From: Phoronis australis
Lineage: Eukaryota > Animalia > Phoronida
Length of the DNA stretch: 64,000 nucleotides
NCBI GenBank assembly: GCA_002633005.1
Contig: NMRA01000484.1
Span: forward strand, 186,001 to 250,000
Direction: 5' to 3'
Shown here: positions 12,801 through 26,846 of the stretch, in pieces
How the letters are laid out: the number at the start of each line of letters is the position of its first letter
How positions within the stretch are numbered: the first letter of the stretch is position 1
Position numbers and translations under genes: made by a program
The notes under the pieces: model-generated
Database searches by the model: none
Told to the model about the DNA's origin: nothing
The model's input: only the letters and a program-made list of their open reading frames with translations

Positions 12801-15482
12801 CTTCCTTGTAAAATTGAAGTAGAGCTTTGCCACGAAAATAATTTCAACGTTTGGTTTAAAAAAAAAATTAAATTTTTCATACAAAATCTACCAGTTTATT
12901 ACATCGTCTACCAAAAACTGTTAAGGTGTTCTTCAATATGTTTCTTTCCTTATACAAAAACCACTTTCCAATATAGCAGCAACAAGGTGAAGTTTGCCTT
13001 GTCACCAGATGGCGATAGGTTACTTGGTGAACAGCGTCCTGCATTCTTGTATGGATTTGATGTAGTATAATATTTCCAGATCCACACACTAACGTCCAAC
13101 AGGAGAAATAACCATGATATGATTAAAAGAACGTGCGCTTCATGCCTGTCAACTCGGCCAGTCTTTGCACACCATCTTTAGAAATTACATCCAGATAAAG
13201 ATACTTGTGTGCTCTCACAGCCCGTAAGAGTTGTATGCAAAACTTTTCCTATTAGAAGTCTTGGAGAAAGGTACGCAAACACCACGTACAAATTGTCAAA
13301 ATTTGAGCATAACACTGGATTTTTTGCGTATGATAAGATCACACCAAGTTTGGATGAAACAAATTACCAACACCAATGTTTTTCATTTTCAAAAAATTCT
13401 ATTGTATCATAAAATGTTAACTTTTTTCGGAGCTATTAGAAGCCATTTACAATTTCACACCAATTTCAAACTACAAATTATGGCGTTTCTCTAAGTCCAA
13501 GAATCGTGAGACCAAGATTCCAGAAAAATAAAAATGACTAAACTTAATGCTAAAACAGAACGGAGTACCGTTTAAAAAGGTTCAAGGACGTATTTTGATG
13601 AGAAATTGCAAACCTTCAACAGTTTCATAGTGAAATGTGGCTATTATGAAGAGTTAAAAATGGACAAGTCGGACAAAGTGATAAATTTAACGCAACGGGA
13701 GTCAATTGCATTGACAAAAATGTACGGAAGCAGATGCGCTGAATGAGACACCAATAATTTTCTATTAAATATCTGGAATCCTGTGTGCTGCAGTTTCTAA
13801 ATACATAACTTGTTGGTTAAACCGTTAACAAAAGAACAAGATTATTGAGCTCGGTTCGGAGATTGAGGAAAAAGGTAACTGTCAGATTCTGCATATAATA
13901 TTCCAGCACTGACTGTTTGAAATGACCTTTTTTTCTAATTTGATTTTACATTTTTTAAAGCTTTGGCGTTTTTCACAGTATTTTTTAATGTCCAAACCGA
14001 ACATCTCGGTAAAACCCATGCACAATTTGATGTGATAAGACAATTGATCAACAATTCTTCAGTCCTCTTTGAAGCAGCCTCATTAATTACCCATCATGTA
14101 AAGGTGAATAAATGAGGGGTGTAAATGGAAAAGCCAAACAGGGATTCTAATTAAGACCTGCATGTATGAAGCAAGTGACTCAAGATTGACAGGGACATGG
14201 GTGAGTTGTCCAACATGAGTTGAGGCACCGTTTATTTATTGCCTTGTCTGCGAATGTCTGTCTGATGGCCAACCAGGCAAGACTCCCCTCTTTGAGGCAA
14301 GGGTTGAATCAAGGAAAAATACTAACTTTGTACTCGCTACACCCCGTGATGATTTATAGCGGTTGTTCTGCTATGAAACCCAGACATTCTGCAGCACAAT
14401 ATTTACATATCTGTAAGTTGAAATGATTGCACTATTGCTGGGCAGTTAATTGGAATATACCAGTGTAAATGTACACCGTTGTGTAGGGTACAATGAGTGG
14501 GTTTGACATAACAACGAAACATTGACAAAATGAAATAATATGACTAAATGCCAAACATGTATGAAATATTATCCCTGAATAGGAAACATCAATCCTATGC
14601 ATAACGCTGCATGCCAGTCAAAATAAATCAGTATAGATTAATATTTTATCACACATTAAAATACAATGCTGCTATTTTTAACAGTGCAAAAGTTGTTAAG
14701 TACAGGTTTTTAAAATCGCAACTAGTCTTTTTGCATAGTCAAAATTATGCAGAAAAGTTACTTCATGCTTTGGCAACAAGACTTTGCAGTGAACCAGATA
14801 ATGAAAATATCATTAGTATATTGATAATGGTTAATAATATGACTGGTAAGTACATGACATTTGTTATGCTCAACGCTTTTTGTTTGGGTGTACACCAGAT
14901 TAAACAACAAATAAAATATTTCAGTGTTTTAAAAGCTTTCTAATTCTTCATCCTTGTCAAGACAGAGACCAATCTCTCAAAATCATGAAACAGGACAAAA
15001 AATTGCTTATCAAGATCCTAAACTATGATGGCTGTATGTCTGCTGCTTACAAGATCTCTGAGCCAGGGCGTTTTAGGACAAAATGTGCTTGTTGCTATTC
15101 TGATAGGGGAATGTTTTGAACTGAGGGAAAATCCCCTTCCTCCCAGCTCGCCACCAATTCCGATTTCCGATCATTGATTGGGATTTTTCTGGTCTAGGAT
15201 AGGAATTCAGAAGGTGCGGAACAACAACAATCCTTAACCCTCAGCCCAGACATCCCAGGCTAAATGAAAATTCATGAACTGCTGCGTACTTTACAATCGC
15301 GGCTAAAGTAAATGAGTACAGAGGATGTTACTTATTCTTCTCATGTCTTCACACTTGTCACAACTGGCTTGATCCAAATTAATTTAATGAAAACCACAAA
15401 CATTTTATGGTCAACAACATCTACCAGTGATGACTTAAGTGTAACAGGGAAAAGAAAAAAGTACTGTTCAAATGAAACATAA

Positions 15483-15600
15483 ACCCCGTTCATACCAAAG
15501 CATTATAACTTTTAAAATTGTTTCAACGGCTATAACTTCCGGTCTTAACACTTTAAAACCAGTTTTTGAAATTTTCACTGTAGTGTAGATGTAACTCTCT
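15483..15600 (+). mobile_element. Fragment of a Harbinger-like MITE family (copy 1)
   Basis: ccccgttcataccaaagcattataacttttaaaa...ggctataacttccggtcttaacactttaaaa...actgtagtgtagatgtaactctct aligns with 22075-22190. Confidence 0.6.
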
Positions 15601-16280
15601 GCGTGGGTGGCTTAGGGAGAGGTTAAACATTGTACCTGTCAAAATGGCAATAGGCGTTGAAAAAATAGTTCTTGATTGATAAAATAATATTGATATAGTT
15701 ACCTATTTATATTTCATAAAAATTACCGCTAACATTTTAACATTTTGATTAACATCATCATAAGACACAATGGTTAGTTACCTTCGTCACAAACGTCAGT
15801 TGTTCTTACTCAAATAATCAATAATAATCCATTCTCGAAAATGATTTAGAAAATCACGACGAAAATAACACCATGAATTTAGAAATTACCGTTAATTGAG
15901 ATTTGAAGTCTTCACCTATCAAGACCGACGTTTGCCGAAGTAGCATACGACGTTAAATAATTATTACATAGATGTGGCTAGACTTCCCCAGGCCACCATA
16001 AAATATCTCACCCATTATACACAAAAACAACTGCCAGTATTGGTATTTTTAAATTTTTTTAAAGGCCTCTCAAACGCTGTTGCTGTTTACAGCTTCTCAA
16101 AACATTGTTGGTACAATTTATTCTTCATGAAATAAATGAACGCAAAAACTCCACTTATCCAGATTCTGTCCTAAATTGGGTAGATTTTACCAATAGTTTA
16201 TTTTTGTCGACTGAAAAATGGCTTGGCTACGATTATTTTGAAATATTTCAAATACACGAGCCAAAATCTCACATTAGGAA

Positions 16281-16500
16281 ACAATATGGCGGAAAAGTGA
16301 ACTTTTTATATTTTTATTTTCCATGAAAGAGTTGTAGCTATAAACTAATGCTTTTACGCGCTCAAGGAAGGTCTGTAGCACATCTACCACCGACCAATAT
16401 TTTGTAAAATTGTGTACGTTCACAACAACATTGAAATCAAAAGTCTTCGAAAAATGAAAAAGCGCTCTTTTGCTAATTATTTTTGTCCAAGATTACTGAA
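16281..16500 (+). repeat. Dispersed repeat family beginning CAATATGGCGGAAAAGTGAA (copy 1)
   Basis: Related segments lie at ~23797-23930, ~29041-29190 and ~55605-55800. Shared blocks include acaatatggc, aagtgaaattt and aattatttttgt. Confidence 0.55.
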
Positions 16501-19500
16501 CTTGGGAAACTACTATGGCCACACAGGACACTGGCAAATAATAAAATAGTCTGGTCTAATTACAACAATAATTCCTTGACCACAGACATTTGAAAAATAG
16601 TTTTCCTATAGATATGGCGACATGATGATAAATTGGTAACAATTAAGGATATTTGGTAATTAAAAATAATAATTAATGATGTCCAAAATAAAGAGAATGC
16701 TACTAAAATGGAAAATATCCTTACACCAAAAAACATTGGCAAAAATTTCTGGTTTTTCTGTCAAGTATCAATTTTCCAAATCAAAAAACATCCAAAATTA
16801 CAACAAAACTACCTGTCTTGACTAATAATATATGAACTACAAATATACATAACAATTTTAAAAATACAGTTTTTACTAATTACATATCCAGGTGTAAAAA
16901 GAACGAGAATAAACAAGGAAATAACATGGATGTTACTTCACAAATGGCAAGCATATCCTTCAAAATTACTGACACAGTGAAACACATACTGATACAGTCC
17001 ACTAAGACAATTAGTATTTTCGGTCGCGAGATTTTTCACTCACTCCTGAAGGTATCGACTTTCATTTGAGAATTGCTTAAAAACAAAAGCATTCAACGAA
17101 AATTGAATTGTCAAAAATATGTTTAACTGATATCAACAAGCAAGCCTTAACTTAATAAAGACAGAAAAAATATTATAAAAAATTCAGAACTTGCGCAACG
17201 ATTATGTCCATGTTAAAATCGGGTTCATCAGTTTATGATCAATAAAAAAAGCATTTGGTTAACACTTGCACTTGATTGTTGCACAAGTTTTAGAATGCTC
17301 CAAAATAATTTTTCCCTCATATACAAGTTAAAGCAGGGTGTATGTTTTGTGACGCCAAGTAACTATCAAAATAAACGACCAACGGATTTCCGAGAAATCA
17401 TTTTTTCTCAACAATATAAAACAAATGCCGAGTCAATTTATAAAAGTGCATACACTTTTCCAACACTAAATAAGACTGACGGTTCGGATGTTACAACAAA
17501 GGGCCGTGTCAGAATATTAACAAGTTAAATCCTTGAAAAAATGAGCACACATTAAAGCTTTCAAAGCCAACACACAAACCTGTGTACCTTTCCAATCACT
17601 ACAAACAAGAGCTTCGTTGGCCAATAACACCTGTCCCCGGCGCACATTATAACCACCCATTACCAGCTGATTAAAAACGTAAAACAGTCAATATACATTT
17701 TACACTCAAATATTTGTTTGGTGTTTTTTGAGTGCCACAGTCAAACACATACCAGTAAAGCTTGAAAAGAGATTGTGAATAGGGGGTTTGTCTCACCCCT
17801 TAAACTAGTTTACAACTACATCAGTTAATCCCTAACTACTAATGTTAGTTTTCTGCGGTTTTTATGGCCGCCGGTCAGGATTATATGTCGAGCTCTTTTT
17901 TGAAATGGATATTTTCCCAAAAACTCTGTTTGCCAGAGATCTTTGTAAACTGCAACTTTGAAGGACGTCATAATTTGACCCCAATATGACTCTCCGGCTG
18001 CTTAGCTCTCCTTAGAATTGGATGAAAATTGATTTAGTGACTGATGTACTTTGGTACTCAAGTGTAATTTTATAACCTGATGATATTATACATGGACAAT
18101 TGCAGTCACGTTGTTTTGTGGTACATTCAAAAGCATGATGCCAAAGCTATTTTGAGTGTCCCCTTCACCACTGATGATACAATATACACTTGTGACTATT
18201 ACAAGAATTGGAGAGACAGTCAACATTAAGCATTAAAAAAGAAAACAATTACTTAAATTCAATTTAGAATCAAGCATATATCATAACTGTCAATCTTCAG
18301 CAATAATAAAAAATGACAAAAAACAGGTTTAGATTAGTTTACTCTACCATTCAATAAAAGCTGGCCAAAATTGATTTTAAGCACAATATATATAATACAC
18401 AGCAAGACTTCTATTACTGACAATTTTTTGATAATACGTCAAGCTTTAGCATAAATTAATATGTAGTTTATTTCTAGTATTTCATGAAACAAGAATTTTG
18501 ACATAAATAAAAAGTGAAAGTCATGATTTGTACAAGTGCAGTCTAACTATGGGTGGTGTCACCAGTCCATGCTTTATTGAAAATGCTTACCTTCAAGGCA
18601 TTCCTGATACAGTTTAAAAATCTTTTATTTTTTTACACACAGATAAGCAGTATATCCAAACGTTATTACAACAAAACCTGCAGGGCCGATGGCAATCGAA
18701 ATTATTTTAAAAAATTATTTTAAGACTTAAAATGTATATTAAACGAGGTTACCAACTAAAATTACGGCAAATACACAAAAAATATGGACACAAATTCTGA
18801 ATAGTCGACAATTCACACAAAAAATAAAGTAGCAATGAGCATTGCAGTGTGGTATGAGTTAAAAATACAAAGAAATGACTACAACCAACAACCATGTATG
18901 GTACACTAGGACAAAGGGAAGCACTTTTGATATACAAACCCTTCGTGTTAGATTGTTAATGTGTATACCTTACAGACCTGGGTATAGCGGAATATCTAAT
19001 ATCAGTAAATAAGCTAACAAATCCCACTTCATCAAAGGAGACCTATTCAGTAGTCTAATAAGAAGTCCAATTTGGAATAAAGACTCTCGCATATAAATTA
19101 TTCCTCGAAACCAATCTGGCACAATTAGCCTTCCCACAACAGTGATGACGACAATTGCAAAAGTGATATTGAAGAATTAACTGACCTGTAGTTTGGTGGA
19201 CAAATCCCCATGAGTTAATATTGAGCTCGCACGTTAAATCTAGCAAATATTATGGAGCATATCCCATTGGAGATCCACTGTGATGTAGTTTAAAGTTCTG
19301 AATGGAACGGCCCACTGAGCAGGGGTGATAGGTTATTCACTCTCAGTGAACCAAGGCCAATGACTCACTGGAATTTTGAGGCAGAGTCTATCTGACTAAC
19401 CCTGGGGATGTGAAGCGAGTTCAACAACCTAAGCAATCAATGACAAAGGCATTAAAAACAGGGGAAGACATCCACTGGTCAATGATCAGACACAAATTTT

Positions 19501-19508
19501 AAAAAATA

Positions 19509-20950
19509 CCATATTCGCCATAATAACCGCCCATGCCCCTATAAACGCCCCCCACGCGTTTTCAGACTTTGCTAAAATAAGCACCCAGTCCATGAATGTG
19601 TACGTGCGAAAAATGCCTTACCTACAGTCCTAAAATTCTACAGTAACATCTTCAATTTATCAATAATATCCGACAGTCCTGAAAAAAATCATTGGGCGCA
19701 GAATTTGTAGACCACGTGCCTCGCCGCTATGTCGGTATTTCGCCGTGACTATACATTTCAAACTTCCGCCATGCCTCAAAACGAACACAAAAGTTCTGCT
19801 GATCTTGCGAGGACCAATGTTCTGGCCTTTCAGAACAGAAGTAGTGTACTTGTATACGGGATTGCTTTGTAGATATTTCCAGCTTTCAACAGGAATCCAA
19901 ATTTCTTTGTGCACGTGAAAACCACGAATCGAAGACTAATAACAAGCTTGGCCAGTGTTAAAAGCGCATGGCCAGGAAGCGCACGCCACATATATGAACC
20001 CGTCATCATAGACATTAGTCGGGAACTATCCATTCATGAAACAGTTAGCATAGCATCGGCAAGAAATGAATATTGGCACTAATTTCTGACAGTTTCTAAT
20101 ACTACAAAAAATGTTTGCGTTATTTTTAAGATCAATTGTTTGATTAACCATAATTGGTGTTTTTAAGCCAAATATCCGATAAAATGACCACTGACAGTGA
20201 ATGCTTGCACACCCTTACACCGAAAAATTACTGTCAGATAGTTACGTACGCATCCAGCCACACGGCAACTAATATGGGCCTTAAAGAGACAAATGTCGGA
20301 TGTTTTTAGCACATGAGACCAGCACGTGCTGAATGAAACACGCTCTGGTTTAGGCCTACTGCTTGTGCAAATTTCTTTAGATACAATGCACATCTAGCTC
20401 GTTAGATTGCGTGGCTCTGGCCAAAAGACGGTCTGTGCTCTGGAAAATGAACTCTGGTGACACACATGCGCTCGCTTAATCACAAACGCAGACGAACTTC
20501 AAAACAACAACAACATGTGTGTTCGTCCAGATATTTTTCTTATGTTGCCGATGTAGATGGCATGATGTAGCACAAATTTGTACTTAGACCTGCCGTGATC
20601 CCGACTCCACGGGAACTTGAAAATCTTTGGTATGCTACTAGGAAATCTTAGATAATTTGCTTGAGTCGAAACTATATTTTTATTCAAGCATTCAAGTCAC
20701 CATATCAACAATTGCAAGGCAGTCGGCGAGTTTTCACCCTGGGATTTTCAGCACAATTTTCTGTAAAATGAGTGTAACTTAGCAGCAAAGTTTTATAGCA
20801 ATGCACCACGGTTTTGTAGAAAGTCTTTCAATAGCTTCCGATTTCACCCGTTTCGAAGACCGGGTTTCAACGGCCTTGGGTTATAATAAGCGCCCCCCCT
20901 GAAACGAACTTTTCTAAGCGCCCAGGGCGGTTATCATCCGGCGAATACGG
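19509..20950 (+). mobile_element. Non-autonomous Tc2/pogo-like (TcMar) DNA transposon, copy A, carrying a HIRAN-domain pseudogene
   Basis: TA flanks at 19507-19508 and 20951-20952. Termini ccatattcgcc ... ggcgaatacgg (CCGTA-type, typical of TcMar-Tc2) with subterminal taagcgccc repeats. Colinear with 57499-58561 but has an extra ~450 bp interior segment. Confidence 0.85.
19637..19938 (-). pseudogene. Degraded HIRAN-domain coding remnant inside the Tc2-like element (copy A)
   Basis: Minus-strand translation: SSIRGFHVHKEIWIPVES..SNPVYKYTTSVLK..GPRKISRTFVFVLRHGGSLKCIVTAKYRHSGEARGLQI. It matches the HIRAN pattern RGxHxY..W.P..N..D..A..V..GHxP..GLEIP and has deletions and frameshifts. Confidence 0.7.
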
Positions 20951-21469
20951 TAGTTGTTTGACTTATCTAGAACATATGGTGACTTAACAATAAGAATGAG
21001 TAGCAAATGTCAGGTTATCAAAAATGCACAAAAGCCATTTTCCGATGGCGGCAACATGATCAAACGTACCTTGTCACTAGATGACAATAGGGTAGTTGGC
21101 AGTGGGAAATTTCCAGGAGTTTCTTACAAATTCTTTGCAACCATCAGGCCACCAAATTGCCAATGTTATAAGGTGGAATATTCAAGAAATTCACACTACA
21201 TATTTTCAAAGTATTACCGAAAGAAAGCAATTGCATAGACTTGGCTTGTCTTACGCTCTGACAGTGCAAAAGTGTTGACTCGTATATACAAAGATTCATG
21301 TTATACGACATTCACTTAAAACCGCTCAAACCACACCAAGCGCACAGTGTTCACATGCCATCTAAAGGGTAGATCGAATGCCGTAAAATATTTTCATGAG
21401 AACACTGGACAGAAGTCTCATTTTCCGATCGCAAATCAGATGGCAAATAAGTCTTCTTACCATGAGAAG

Positions 21470-21689
21470 ACTATAATCTAATGACGCAATTTGTGGACAG
21501 TTTCTGCTCACCCATGGTGATCGCTCGCATGTGACTGGTCAGAATATTAGCATATTGCACACTATAATTCTTATCACTCGGAGGGCGGACGCCTCTATGA
21601 ACGCTTGTATTAAGCGCCAGATCTGCCATCCAATCAGATGTCCTATACCAGCTACCTTTTGAAAATTCCACATCGGAGTGTGGTATAAG
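21470..21689. mobile_element. Possible Crypton-like non-autonomous element end
   Basis: Inverted motifs cttatcactcgga (21570-21582) and tcggagtgtggtataag (21673-21689) enclose ccaatcagat in CpG-rich sequence. Family assignment is by resemblance only. Confidence 0.3.
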
Positions 21690-22074
21690 TACATTAATTC
21701 AGTATTAGAACAGCCCAATGGACTATAAAAAACAAGTTTGGTCAACACTGGCAGGCACAAACAAAGGGAAGTGGGTATTATGCAGTGGAGACCAATAAAG
21801 CCTTTCCCATTCAAGAACAAGTTGGTAGACACTAGGTGTCACACTGATGCCAAGTCAGGTGGAAGATCAAAAGCCATGGCCCTGTATGATTGACACCTCT
21901 TTTCAAAATAATAAACAAATTATCTTCATCATTAGAATCTTTATAATGCACAAGCAAATGGAAGTTTGATGGAAACAATTACTAAGGGGAAGGTGATAGG
22001 ATGAGATATAACTTCAAAGATTACTTTCAGTGAGGTTTACTGTCATAAAGTGAAGCCGATTAATGTGACTTATA

Positions 22075-22247
22075 CCCTGTTCAAAGCGAAGCAGTTACAA
22101 CTTTTAAAACACAATTTAAAGGATATAAGCCTCGGTCTGAACAGTTTAAAATCTCTTTAAAATGTGTAACTGTAGCGTAGTTATAATTCTCTAAGAGGAT
22201 AGTATAGTGAGAGATTATAGCCGTTGTAACTCGGTCTGAACATGGCA
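22075..22247 (+). mobile_element. Harbinger-like MITE (copy 2)
   Basis: Inverted ends ccctgttcaaagcga / tcggtctgaacatgg and an internal repeat of ctcggtctgaaca. Homologous to 15483-15600. Confidence 0.6.
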
Positions 22248-24717
22248 GTTGTAAAAGTTATAATTCTGTAGGGGCTGCTATCAAATCTGGTAGGAAACAG
22301 TGGTGCAACAAGGCTTTAATCGGGGTGAATAGGAAAGCCATAGCAGGCAGGACCAGTAACTAAAACCACCAAATAGGGTTTCAACAGTTTTAAGTGTCCA
22401 GGTGAACCATAACGATTACATAACAGGTAACAGGTATGACAAAAGAAAGAGCTACAACCACTTTTAGAGCTCAAGAAAGTAAAATAAAAACTTGCTATGT
22501 TAAGTCCCAAGGACTAGCCCAAGCAGCATTAAGTCAATAGAGGTCACAGGAAGGCAATAATGTGTTACTTTTCGACAAACTTACATTGTACCCTAGTGAG
22601 CTTTGAACAAACTACGAGAATCAACATCTTGTGTTGTCATGAAATAAAAAATGCTATTGTTACCATATTTTAGAATCAGGAACAGAAAATGTATCAAGTA
22701 TTTAGATACTGGATCGTTTTAATTAATGTACTTTCTTTCAAAAATTGCAATCCCTGCATCATTTAATGACACATCACATTTCTATTGAACAGCCTTGAAA
22801 TGACAAAAATGTAACTATTTTCGTGATTACTCATCAATTGAGGTGGTTAAAACTCTACATTATTTCCACTAAATTCTGCCCTATAACTGATTTCAGCTCA
22901 TACTTGTAACAGTTTTGGCTGTTAGCTGATTCAAAGTGAAGACAGGAACATTTGAGAGATGAAAAAATCGGAAAACCTTTCCTACTCTGGCACAATTACC
23001 GTTCTGTTCATTAAAATCCTTCTAATTAAGAATAACTTAAATGAGCAGAGCCGTCATGAAAAACAAGACGGCAGCCAACTCATTACTTGACAAAAGACAA
23101 CATTTTTTCAATAGAAAATCTAAAAAATCAATGGTCGCTGAATTGAAGGTGTGGGGAAAATTTCATAATTTAAAACGTTTTCCCAATTCCGTAAATTGTA
23201 TTTTTAATTGTCTAGACGTAGGCAAACACGCCAAATCCATTTCTTGTCTGGCATGCCATATCTTTTTGTTTAATTAGTTCAGTGCCTGATGGGGTGAACA
23301 TTAAAATTAAATAGAAACAATCGCTTAGCAACACACTAACAAAACGACTACAAGGCAGAGGCCGACTGCCTTGATTGTAACACTCAGCATGACTAAGTGG
23401 TTTTTAATTAGAATTTAATAATTCTAACAAAATGAACAACAAGACACTTGCACACGTAATCTAGAAAGCCTAATTGCAATATGATGAACAAAGCATTAAA
23501 GCCACATATGGTAATGTCAGTAAAAATATGTCTTTCAGAATGGAAGGCTTTTAGAATTGTTTTGGTATGCTGAGATAACAAGTCTACACTTCCGTGTTTG
23601 CAATGCGGAATATTTGTGATATTTCGATTGTTTCTGTGACAAAATTTGCAACCATGAGATAAATTCATTCAAGGTTGAAGTTAACCACCTACCTAACCAA
23701 TGGAATATTTGCAGATAAGGGTCACAACATTGTAACTAGTACCTTAAATTAGAATGGTATGGCATAATTCTTCACCTATCAAGAACAAAACTTTGTGGAA
23801 AAGTGAAATTTTATTTTGTCAAATTTCTTAACAAAAATTTTCATTCTTTGCAGCCAGTTAATCAATCTGTGGAATGTGAAAAAATGATAATTACTTTTGA
23901 GCGATTCTCAGGATAAATGGTGATATATTTCTTCAGTCGCACACCAACTCAACATAAAAACAAACAGAAAAATGAAACACAAGTTAAACGAGGAAATCCA
24001 ACATGGCAGATTTTAAGGAAGTGTAGAATGAGGACATGATACATTCATCAAGATTAAGATTAATTTAACATTTCATCACCACTGGAGATAAGCTAATAAC
24101 CAACTAGTTCCTTATCAAACTTATTTAACTCCCCATTAACTCATTTACCACAGAAATAAGAATGAAAATCACAAACCAGAAATTGATGTAATTTACTAGT
24201 GCTTCAACACTTCACCCTGCGTCTAATTAACCAACAAATCTCAGTCAAGAGACAAGTAATGTGCTACTAGACAAAACTCAATTAAACCACAGCAAGCCAA
24301 ACACAGACCGTGGAGACGGCAATCTTCAGAAAAAAATCACTCAGAAGTGACAATATTATCAAGATGCTCTTTGCAATTATCAACAATGTCTTAATTAAAA
24401 TTGGGTCCTCGACAATGTGGAAAGACACAGGCACCTCCTCGAGGAGACCAGCGACACTATAGAGGTAGTAAATTAGTAACACTGGAAGTGTGATGGTGGG
24501 GCTTTTGTTAAGTAGAAAATCTAATGAGAGCACCCCACCAAGGATGGGGGAGGGTGGTGCTTCACATCCACATATTGGGAAGGGTATGCTGTGGCACATT
24601 CCAAAACCAGACAGTCAAAATCTAGACCAAATAGAAACAGGCAGCCAAAGCAAAACCAATTGATGCAGAAACCGCTTGAAACTAGTAACCCCCTTGTCAC
24701 CACCACTATCGCCCTAA

Positions 24718-24846
24718 CCCAGTTGACATCCTCCCCCAGTTGTTGTCCGCCCCCAGTTGATGTCCTCCCCCAGTTGACGTCCTCCCCCAGTTGACGTCCT
24801 CCCCCAGTTGACGTCCTCCCCCAGTTGACGTCCTCCCCCACTTGAT
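24718..24846. repeat. 17-bp minisatellite (cccagttgacgtcctcc) x ~7.5
   Basis: Units start at 24718, 24735, 24752, 24769, 24786, 24803 and 24820, with a partial unit at 24837. The last four full units are identical. Confidence 0.97.
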
Positions 24847-26846
24847 GGTACAGTTGCTATCACTGGACCATGGGATTCACTTTCATGAATGGCGCAGACT
24901 TTGTATTGAGGCACTGAGCCTTATATACCGTAACCTCCAACCAATATCTCACCTTAGATGGTTACTAAAGAAAAAACAATCATATTAATAACACTTAAGA
25001 TCATAACACTGCATCCTTCTTAGTTTCAGGCAATCTATCACGTGGTACCTGCTTTAGACATGGTTGAATGTCAAACAGGGGCTGAGTTCTGTCGTAGACA
25101 CAAGAGTCTCTCAAAGAGAGCCGATATATTTGTGTCCTTTGCTTGTTATACATGGCGATCATCACGGGGGAAGTCTTGCGCGATTCTTGAATCTAGGCCA
25201 CTCAGCCCAGGAGTCACCAGTGACCCACGTCACCAGTGACCGACCCCTGCTGAGCTCGCTGAAGGACAGGAAGCTGCTGACTAGACCAATGATAGATTGG
25301 CAGCCAAATTACAGTCTTGTGGACAGGTCAACAAGCATCAGTGACAAGTTGGATATCCAAGGAGATTGCTAAACACAATCCGGAGGGGGTACTCCCATAC
25401 AACAGGTATACGGGACAACGTGCTAATCAGAAATTGAAAATATCACTCATTCAGTTTGAACTCCAGATGACAGGCATTTCCAAATCTAGATATCAATCCA
25501 ACCCATTGTCAAGCGTCTCCCCCAGAACAGGCCAATTATTTAACAGGATGAATAAATTAAGATGGACACCCACTTACTGTATGTAGCAAGCCAGTTTTAA
25601 TCGTATTTCTTCCGATGAAAAATGGTCCTCACATAACTTTCACAAGGAATTCAATTTTAGAAGCCAAACAGTGAAAAATCACTAGTTTCAAGGTATGATT
25701 TATTGCAATTCATTTCAACCAGTGCTGTACTGCTGTGAGTGGGTAATTGCCTCACTTCACACAAAGGGAATTTGGATCAGCCCTCCCAACACCAAGAATT
25801 GATGACCCCAATGGTACTTGTACAAATCTATTGACTAAGGGCAAGGTGCCCTGCATGAAACAAGCAGCTTCTAACGAGGGTGTCTTATTCAAGACCAGCT
25901 TATTCCCTATGGAGGAGTGGCGTTCACGACAAATTTTCTACAGTAGGGTACCTTTTCCAATTTAATTCCAAAGAAAAGGGTTCACCTTTGGATTTCAATA
26001 CATTCCAAAAATTCCTTTTTACAACAGAACCCTATAGAAAGGGTTAAAACGTCTTCTATACCTTTTGTGGCAAAAGATGCACTAATTTTGAAAGCACGAC
26101 ATTTCTCCTAGTAACATTTCAGATTTAATGGCTTAATAAGTCACCTGCACAAGGTCAAGGCCGCAAGCTAGTTCAATCATTGGTTTTAGACTTTTCATTT
26201 CTGCTAAAGCAATCAACGGGTCTGAGGTTGAACAACACCCACTGACAATAAATTTTTTTATCACTCTCCCACAACAGATTTGTGTTAAAATTTCGGAGAT
26301 GAAATGCACTTCGGAACAGACCACATTCCTCACTTTTAAACTGGAAAAATGAAGGGTAAAAATGTCTTTAAGTCAAAGACAATTTTATTATCAAAACCTC
26401 ACGATTTGTCAAGTCATGAAATTGACGAAAGGAACGACAACAGTTAAAAACTTAGATAATGATTTCAATTCATAAACATGTCTGTCACTAAATTCGCCAC
26501 CGAAAACTTCAACTTTGAACAACTTTCAGTCTGACTGGTTGAACAGATCTTCTTACAAAAAAGTGAAGAAATTAATAGTTTTCAATTGCCTCTTGAAATA
26601 AAACAAAGAAGCTCATTCAATGAGTATTAGCAATATCCCTGCAAATCCATCAAATAGTCTATTTCCTACAGGAAACCCTTTTAAAAGAGTGTTGAATAAT
26701 TAATCAAGGTGATTACCTGCGACATGAATCAGGTTGAGCCATTAGTGTGATTTTAGTGGCATCTAGGTTTCCAAGAAAAGATTAAGTAAGAGTTATCCAT
26801 AAGAAAATGTAAATTTTTTGTCGCCTCTCACTGCCCAGGAAGGTTA

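Noticed and set aside
24718-24846. CRISPR-like array
   Set aside because: The units are contiguous with no unique spacers, no cas genes are present, and the context is eukaryotic.
24521-24914. ORFs with repeated GEDVNWGRTSTGGGRQL peptides
   Set aside because: They are translations of a 17-bp (non-triplet) minisatellite.
25380-26100. MITE starting ccggagggggtactcccatac
   Set aside because: It resembles a DNA-transposon terminus but no matching opposite end or TSD could be found.
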